Shown here piece by piece: positions 34,267 to 39,853 of a stretch of 39,853 bases of DNA. Made by a program: the position numbers and the translations under genes. Below the pieces are notes generated by a model, which worked only from the letters and a program-made list of their open reading frames with translations, made no database searches and was not told where the DNA came from. Positions within the stretch are counted from its first letter, which is position 1; each line of letters begins with the position of its first letter. This DNA is from a virus. Lineage: Duplodnaviria; Caudoviricetes. The stretch covers positions 1 through 39,853 of the IMG/VR virus record IMGVR_UViG_3300020686_000007; one strand, 5' to 3'.

Positions 34267-34613
34267 GGTCAGTTCGTAGGCAAGTTAAAGCATATTTGAC
34301 TGCTCATGGTACTGATCCAAATGAAGTAACCGAAGAAACTTTTAATGACATCTGCATTATGTATTCAGATGGATTAATTGGAAATAATAGGATTTTAGAA
34401 ACCCTAGGCAATTTAACTGCTGGGGTTTATAATTATATGCGAAGTGCTAATGCACCCCCATATAAGCTACAAGACATTATTCCTACAGTTTACGATTATT
34501 TATATCCCCCATTGTCGGAGCAAGAAAAGAAAGATGCGGCAAGTAAACAATTAATAGCCTTTGCATTAATGCATCCGGGCGCACCAAAAGAGTTATTGGA
34601 AAGATATAAATGA
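34260..34613 (+). CDS. Frameshift extension of the tail chaperone (lambda T-like)
   Basis: No ATG/RBS of its own; in the -1 frame of the slippery site. Confidence 0.8.
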   Translation, partial: VLGSVRRQVKAYLTAHGTDPNEVTEETFNDICIMYSDGLIGNNRILETLGNLTAGVYNYMRSANAPPYKLQDIIPTVYDYLYPPLSEQEKKDAASKQLIAFALMHPGAPKELLERYK

Positions 34614-36517
34614 GTAATAATATCGCTAGATTGGGTGTAGTAATGGGGCTGGATACTGCCGAGTTCACTACTGGACTTCAGGCGGTTGAAAAGAAATTAG
34701 ACGGCTTAAAAGAAAAATTAGCAGAACTTGTTGGTGTTGCCGCTTTTGTTGAAATGACAAAAAGGGCAATGGAATATGCTGATACCATTACAACTACAGC
34801 CAAAGCCAATGATGTTACTACTGCATCTGTTTTAGAGTTATCTAAAGCCTTAGAAGAAAATGGTGGCAATGCTGAAGAAACTGGACGCATATATTCTGGA
34901 TTTAATCAAAAAGTAGAAACTGCCGCATTAGGTAGTGCCAAAGCTCAAGAATCATTTGCCAGACTTGGGGTGTCATTAAAAGACATTCAAACTCTATCTT
35001 CCCAAGATTTATTTGCAAAAACTATTACTGGTTTATCAAAAATTGAAGATTCAGTAACTAGAAATGGTATTGCTTTTCAAGTTCTTGGCAAAGGTATTAG
35101 AGGTGTTGATATTGTTGGTCTTGCTCAAACTTTAGAAGAAACTAAAGGATCATTTGATAGATATGCCGAAGCTGTTAATATGGCGCATGAACTTCACTTA
35201 AAAATTGAAGCATCCGGCAGGAAAGTTTCTTTGATGTTTACAGAAGCAGTAATTCCAACTCTTTTAGTTGTTTACAATGAAATGACTAAAGCTGGTAGTG
35301 CATTAGATTATATTGCTTCTGGATTGAAGTATCTTATTGTTGGATTTGCTATTTGGGGAGAAGCCGCTGTAACTGCTGTAAAGTATGTAATTGATGTAAT
35401 CAAAATGTTAGCTTATACAGTTAATGATCTTTTGACATTAAGCATAGATAAAGCAATTGAGCATTTTAAAGGTGGTTTAACTGAAATTAAAAAAGATGGT
35501 GCTGATTATATTGAGTTTTTGCAAAAGCTAAAAAAAGCCAATACTGAATCATCTGGTGGTGATAGTGCTGGTGGTCAAGCAAATAGAGATGTTATTAATG
35601 CTAATGCGAAAAAATTAGGATTAGCGCAAAATTTAACTGCTGAATACAAAAGACAAGCAGATTTGCAAATACAAATGGCTATACAAGCCAGAGAATTATT
35701 AAACCTAACCAAAGATGAAGCATTGGTTCAAGCAGAAGTAAACAAAGTAATTGATGCAAATCAAAAAGCTAGAGATGCTATTGATAAACAAATTGCCGCC
35801 GCTAAAGGAACACAAGGCGGTGCGGCATTAATAGCAGAATATGAAAAACAAAAAGCCGCTATTTTAAGTTTAAGAGATACTTATATTGAAAGTGCTAAAG
35901 AGCAAGTTCAAGCTACTATTGATTTTCAAAGGACTTTTAGTTTTGGTTGGAATAAAGCCTTCAATCAATTTAAAGAAGATGCTTATAATAATGCCAAAAT
36001 AGCTGAAGATGCTTTTTCATCAGTAATTGGTTCTATGAATAGTGCTATTGATTCTTTTGTAACAAAAGGAAAATTAGATTTTGCTAGTTTAGCAGTAAGC
36101 ATTTTGCAAGATTTAGAAAAAATTATTCTTAAAGCAATGGTAATGAGGGCTTTAACTGGGATGGGAAGCTCTTTCGGTAATGGAGATGGATTATTTACTG
36201 GTGGAGCATCTACTCCCGGCGGTGCTTATGGTCCATCTTATCAAGCCTTTGCTGGTGGTGGCGATCCCCCAATTGGAGTTCCATCATTGGTTGGAGAAAA
36301 TGGACCAGAATTATTTATTCCTAAAAATTCTGGAACTGTAATCCCAAATAATCAATTAGGCGGTGCATTAGGTAGCACAACCAATGTAACTAATTACAAT
36401 ATTCAAGCTATTGATACCAAGTCTTTTGAAGATAGACTTTATGGAAGTTCTGGTGCAGTTTGGGCGGCTAACCAATATGCACAAAAGAATATCAATACAG
36501 TTAGGAGTAGGACATAA
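34610..36517 (+). CDS. Tape measure protein (635 aa)
   Basis: IARLGVVMGLDTAEF N-terminus; helical and Ala-rich; lambda-like C-terminal GW..AF...; LVGENGPELFIP. Confidence 0.9.
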   Translation: MSNNIARLGVVMGLDTAEFTTGLQAVEKKLDGLKEKLAELVGVAAFVEMTKRAMEYADTITTTAKANDVTTASVLELSKALEENGGNAEETGRIYSGFNQKVETAALGSAKAQESFARLGVSLKDIQTLSSQDLFAKTITGLSKIEDSVTRNGIAFQVLGKGIRGVDIVGLAQTLEETKGSFDRYAEAVNMAHELHLKIEASGRKVSLMFTEAVIPTLLVVYNEMTKAGSALDYIASGLKYLIVGFAIWGEAAVTAVKYVIDVIKMLAYTVNDLLTLSIDKAIEHFKGGLTEIKKDGADYIEFLQKLKKANTESSGGDSAGGQANRDVINANAKKLGLAQNLTAEYKRQADLQIQMAIQARELLNLTKDEALVQAEVNKVIDANQKARDAIDKQIAAAKGTQGGAALIAEYEKQKAAILSLRDTYIESAKEQVQATIDFQRTFSFGWNKAFNQFKEDAYNNAKIAEDAFSSVIGSMNSAIDSFVTKGKLDFASLAVSILQDLEKIILKAMVMRALTGMGSSFGNGDGLFTGGASTPGGAYGPSYQAFAGGGDPPIGVPSLVGENGPELFIPKNSGTVIPNNQLGGALGSTTNVTNYNIQAIDTKSFEDRLYGSSGAVWAANQYAQKNINTVRSRT

Positions 36518-37119
36518 TGGCTGGATTCCAAGATATATTTGAGATTCAACAAAAGATGACTGTGAATAACAGAAGATTGATTGCTCAACAAGTTAGTAGA
36601 TCAGGTCAGCTAAGAATAGCTCAATATTTAACTTCTGTGCCTTGGGTATTTTCTGTAACTCCGCACAACTATTTATATTATCCAACTGCTAGAGCCATTA
36701 TTCAGCAAATTGATAATTTGGATCGTCAATTGCCACAAACCATTACATTTAATTCTCCAAATTTAAGTTGGTTTACCGCTATGCAAGGCACAGCAACCGC
36801 CGCTACATTGGCTTCCACACCTTTGCCAAATTCTCAAGTTCTTACTTTAAGTTCTAATGGAACTTTTAAAGCTGGAGATTTTATAGAGATTGGCGGATAT
36901 GTTTATAAAGTAACCGCAGATTCTTCTGGTACAACAGTTTATATTAATAGACCTATTATTGGTTCTCCTTCTGCTGGTGCTACAGTTACTATGGGAAATG
37001 CAGTTTCATTTAATTTAATAGCAGAACAATGCCCAACATATACTTTAACACCAATGACGAATGGTGCATTTGTAGAATGGTCTGGTCCATTTGTATTTAG
37101 AGAAGATATAACAAACTAA
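36517..37119 (+). CDS. Distal tail protein (Dit-like)
   Basis: Directly after TMP; FKAGDFIEIG..VYKVTAD. Confidence 0.65.
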   Translation: MAGFQDIFEIQQKMTVNNRRLIAQQVSRSGQLRIAQYLTSVPWVFSVTPHNYLYYPTARAIIQQIDNLDRQLPQTITFNSPNLSWFTAMQGTATAATLASTPLPNSQVLTLSSNGTFKAGDFIEIGGYVYKVTADSSGTTVYINRPIIGSPSAGATVTMGNAVSFNLIAEQCPTYTLTPMTNGAFVEWSGPFVFREDITN

Positions 37120-37128
37120 GGAAATATT

Positions 37129-37785
37129 ATGTCCACAACAATGGCGGCATTAAATTCCTCATCAATTCGATATGCGGAATTTGTGCAATTAGTAACACCT
37201 ACATATACAGATAATTTAACTAATGCGGCATCTAATGTAACTGTTAATGGCATTACTTTTGATGGTATGGGTAGTTATTTAGGTGTTACCACCATTCAAC
37301 AAGATATGAAAGCTACTAGCACAGATGTAAAACTTTCTATTTCTGGTCTTGTTCCGGAAAATATTAATATTGTTTTAGGCGCAAATATTAAAGGTAGCCC
37401 AATTAAAATTTGGAGAGGATTTTTAGATTCAGATAATCAAATTTTAACTATTGGTGGAGTTCAACAATTCTTTTTAAGATACCAAGGCATTGTCAATAAT
37501 ATTGCCATTAATGAAACTTTTGATAGCAACAAAAGAGAAAGAACAGCTACTTGTATTATTTCAAGCGCATCTATGCGGTTAGTATTAGATTCTAGAGTTG
37601 CTGGAATAAAAACCAATCCATCAAGCTGGAGAGCAGTTTATCCTACAGATACCAGTATGGATAGAGTTCCAATTATTGCTTCAACCTATTTTAGCTTTGG
37701 TCAAACTCCAACCAGCGGAAGCCAATCAAAAGTGATTGGATCAACACAACAAAATCCTGCACCTATCGTGCATTTTGTTTCATAA
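37129..37785 (+). CDS. Tail hub/baseplate protein
   Basis: LSISGL, IKGSPIKIWRGFLD, RYQGIV; position between Dit and tip. Confidence 0.6.
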   Translation: MSTTMAALNSSSIRYAEFVQLVTPTYTDNLTNAASNVTVNGITFDGMGSYLGVTTIQQDMKATSTDVKLSISGLVPENINIVLGANIKGSPIKIWRGFLDSDNQILTIGGVQQFFLRYQGIVNNIAINETFDSNKRERTATCIISSASMRLVLDSRVAGIKTNPSSWRAVYPTDTSMDRVPIIASTYFSFGQTPTSGSQSKVIGSTQQNPAPIVHFVS

Positions 37786-37794
37786 GGAAAAGAT

Positions 37795-39853
37795 ATGGGT
37801 TTTTTAGGAATTGACTTTAGCGGATTTAAAAGTTTACTGCCAGCAGTTTTAACTATTGCTACTGCCATATTAACTGATGGATTAAGTATTGGCTATCAAA
37901 TGGCGGCAACTTTTGCTGTATCTATTGTGGCATCTAGGATTTTTTCTCCCAATGCAAACAATACTTCTCAATCACTTCAAGAAACTAATGTAAGACAACA
38001 AGTTCCCCCTGATCCTACAGCTTCTATTCCTATAATTTATGGAAATGTTTATACAGGCGGAAGATTTGTAGATGCGGCATTAAGAACAGATCAAAGGGTT
38101 ATGTATTATGTAATGGCTATTTCTTGTATTAGTTCTAATGGTCAATTTAGTTTTGATACAACTAAATTTTATTACCAAGATCAATTGATTACTTTTGATA
38201 CTAATCCACTTTACCCAAATCGTGTATCAAGTTTGACAGATGGTGCTGGAAATATTGATACATCAATATCAAATAAATTATTTATATCTTTATACACATC
38301 AGATCAATCTGGAAATATTACAGCCATAAATACTAATGGTTTAATGCCTTGGGAATATATGGCAGGAGATGATGGCACATCTTTATTAATGGGTGATAGA
38401 TCAGGTTTACCAACAGATCAACAATGGGCATCCACAGGAAGAAGAATGAATGGCACAGCATTTGCCATTGTTCGTTTAACTTACAATACTGGAGCAATAG
38501 GTACAGAAACTTTACAACCAATTACTTTTCATTGTAGCCAAACTTTAAATGGAACTGGTGTAGCAAAGCCCGGCGATGTTTGGTACGACTATATGACTAA
38601 TTCTATTTATGGTGGAGCAGTTGATTCATCATTTGTAGATTCTTCATCAGCTACAGCATTAAATTCATATTCAGATCAATTAATAAATTATTTTGATCCT
38701 GATGGAAACCCACAAACTCAACCAAGATACAGATTTAATGGAATTTTAGATACTGGGCAAACTATATTATCTAATATAGATTTAATGCTAATGTGTTGTG
38801 ATTCTTGGATGAAATATAACACTAGCAATGGAAAATGGTCTATTGTTATTAATCAAGCAATATCCCCATCATATAGTTTTAATGATTCCAATATTATGGG
38901 AGCAATTACTGTTGGTGCTTTAGACATTACACAAGCAATCAATCAAATTGAATCTCAATATAATGATAAAACTAATAGAGATCAAGCTGGATATGTTTTA
39001 TTAAAAACTCCAAGTGGTTTGCTTTATCCAAATGAACCAGTTAATAAATCATCTATTAAATATGATTTAGTTAATGATAATGTTCAAGCACAATATTTGG
39101 CAAATCGCATTTTAGAACAAGCTAGATTAGATTTAGTTGTTGGTATTACTACTACTTATGATGGTATTCAAGTAGATGCTGGTGATGTAGTAACAATTAC
39201 TAATGCTGATTATGGTTGGTCAAACAAGCAATTTAGAGTAATGCAAACTAAAGAAACTGCATTGCCAGATGGTAATTTAGGAGCAGAACTTCAGTTGTTG
39301 GATTATGATCCCAATGTTTATGCTACTGCTGATATTAATCAATATAGCCCAACACCAAATACTAATGGCATTGCAAATCCTAATTTTTATAGCGCATTAA
39401 GCGCACCAAATGTAGTAGATTCATATCCCTATATTTCTGTTCCTTATTTTGATATTAATTGTGCAATTCCAACATCAGGAACTACAACTTCAATTACTTT
39501 ATTTTATACAACAGTTGCATCACCAACTACAGCCGATTGGCTTACTTGGAATATTGCCACAGCTTCTAATTCAAATCCATTTGTTGCAGGAAGTGTATAT
39601 ACATTTGCTCATATAACATTACCAGCAAATACTTATTATTTTTCATATATTTGTAATAGCTCTGTTGGAAAATCAACACAATCTCCCACTTCTACATCAT
39701 TTGTATGGGCTCCAGACCCAGCTAATGCCGCTTCTTTTGTATCGACATTAAGCCCAACCACTTTGTCAGTTCCGTATAACGGAACACCAGTATTTACAGG
39801 AATTAGTTTTAAGTTATATGGATCGAATGGTCTTGGTCCTGTAGATTATGTCC
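37795..39853 (+). CDS. N-terminal part of central tail tip protein (J-like); continues at base 1; absent from ORF track
   Basis: TAAGGA RBS, ATG 37795; open frame to the window end: VRQQVPP...IPIIYG, KPGDVWYDYM, RYRFNGILDT, QVDAGDVVTI. Confidence 0.85.
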   Translation, partial: MGFLGIDFSGFKSLLPAVLTIATAILTDGLSIGYQMAATFAVSIVASRIFSPNANNTSQSLQETNVRQQVPPDPTASIPIIYGNVYTGGRFVDAALRTDQRVMYYVMAISCISSNGQFSFDTTKFYYQDQLITFDTNPLYPNRVSSLTDGAGNIDTSISNKLFISLYTSDQSGNITAINTNGLMPWEYMAGDDGTSLLMGDRSGLPTDQQWASTGRRMNGTAFAIVRLTYNTGAIGTETLQPITFHCSQTLNGTGVAKPGDVWYDYMTNSIYGGAVDSSFVDSSSATALNSYSDQLINYFDPDGNPQTQPRYRFNGILDTGQTILSNIDLMLMCCDSWMKYNTSNGKWSIVINQAISPSYSFNDSNIMGAITVGALDITQAINQIESQYNDKTNRDQAGYVLLKTPSGLLYPNEPVNKSSIKYDLVNDNVQAQYLANRILEQARLDLVVGITTTYDGIQVDAGDVVTITNADYGWSNKQFRVMQTKETALPDGNLGAELQLLDYDPNVYATADINQYSPTPNTNGIANPNFYSALSAPNVVDSYPYISVPYFDINCAIPTSGTTTSITLFYTTVASPTTADWLTWNIATASNSNPFVAGSVYTFAHITLPANTYYFSYICNSSVGKSTQSPTSTSFVWAPDPANAASFVSTLSPTTLSVPYNGTPVFTGISFKLYGSNGLGPVDYV
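39841..39853. repeat. Terminal repeat copy identical to 1-13
   Basis: GTAGATTATGTCC. Confidence 0.9.

Noticed and set aside
1-39853. Diversity-generating retroelement, invertible fibre cassette, tRNA genes, alternative genetic code
   Set aside because: No reverse transcriptase, invertase, TR/VR pair or tRNA cloverleaf with T-loop consensus was seen. Standard-code ORFs tile the genome, using all three stop codons.

Overview
The window is an apparently complete, circularly permuted genome (~39,840 bp) of an AT-rich HK97/lambda-like siphovirus. The first 13 nt repeat the last 13 nt, and one tail-tip gene reads in frame across the join. The host is Gram-negative, as shown by an embedded Rz/Rz1-type spanin pair. 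Gene order: tail tip and fibres, including a 1129-aa (Ser-Gly-X)n protein; a methyltransferase/glycosyltransferase cassette; lysis genes; a leftward recombination operon (Sak, YqaJ, SSB-like); a rightward replication/nuclease operon led by a C4-like structured RNA; a ~490-bp non-coding tract of many different palindromes; a phosphoesterase/SprT pair; a Mom-like DNA-modification gene; HNH-terminase-portal-protease; two paralogous major capsid genes; neck and tail genes with a lambda-type GGGAAAG frameshift. I found no integrase, CI-type repressor, tRNA, CRISPR array or reverse transcriptase. Best novelty candidates: (1) the palindrome tract between convergent genes, possibly a decoy array for host DNA-binding proteins; (2) the Ser-Gly-X fibre plus split GT9/GT2/MTase cassette, possibly virion glycosylation; (3) dual capsid proteins with a shared LKE motif and an intervening terminator; (4) genome-wide GCWGC/CCWGG avoidance, broken only in one ~750-bp tail-gene segment; (5) the C4-like RNA and a G-quadruplex-like tract in the replication region. 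Family calls are by motif recognition and site counts are by eye; no searches were run.
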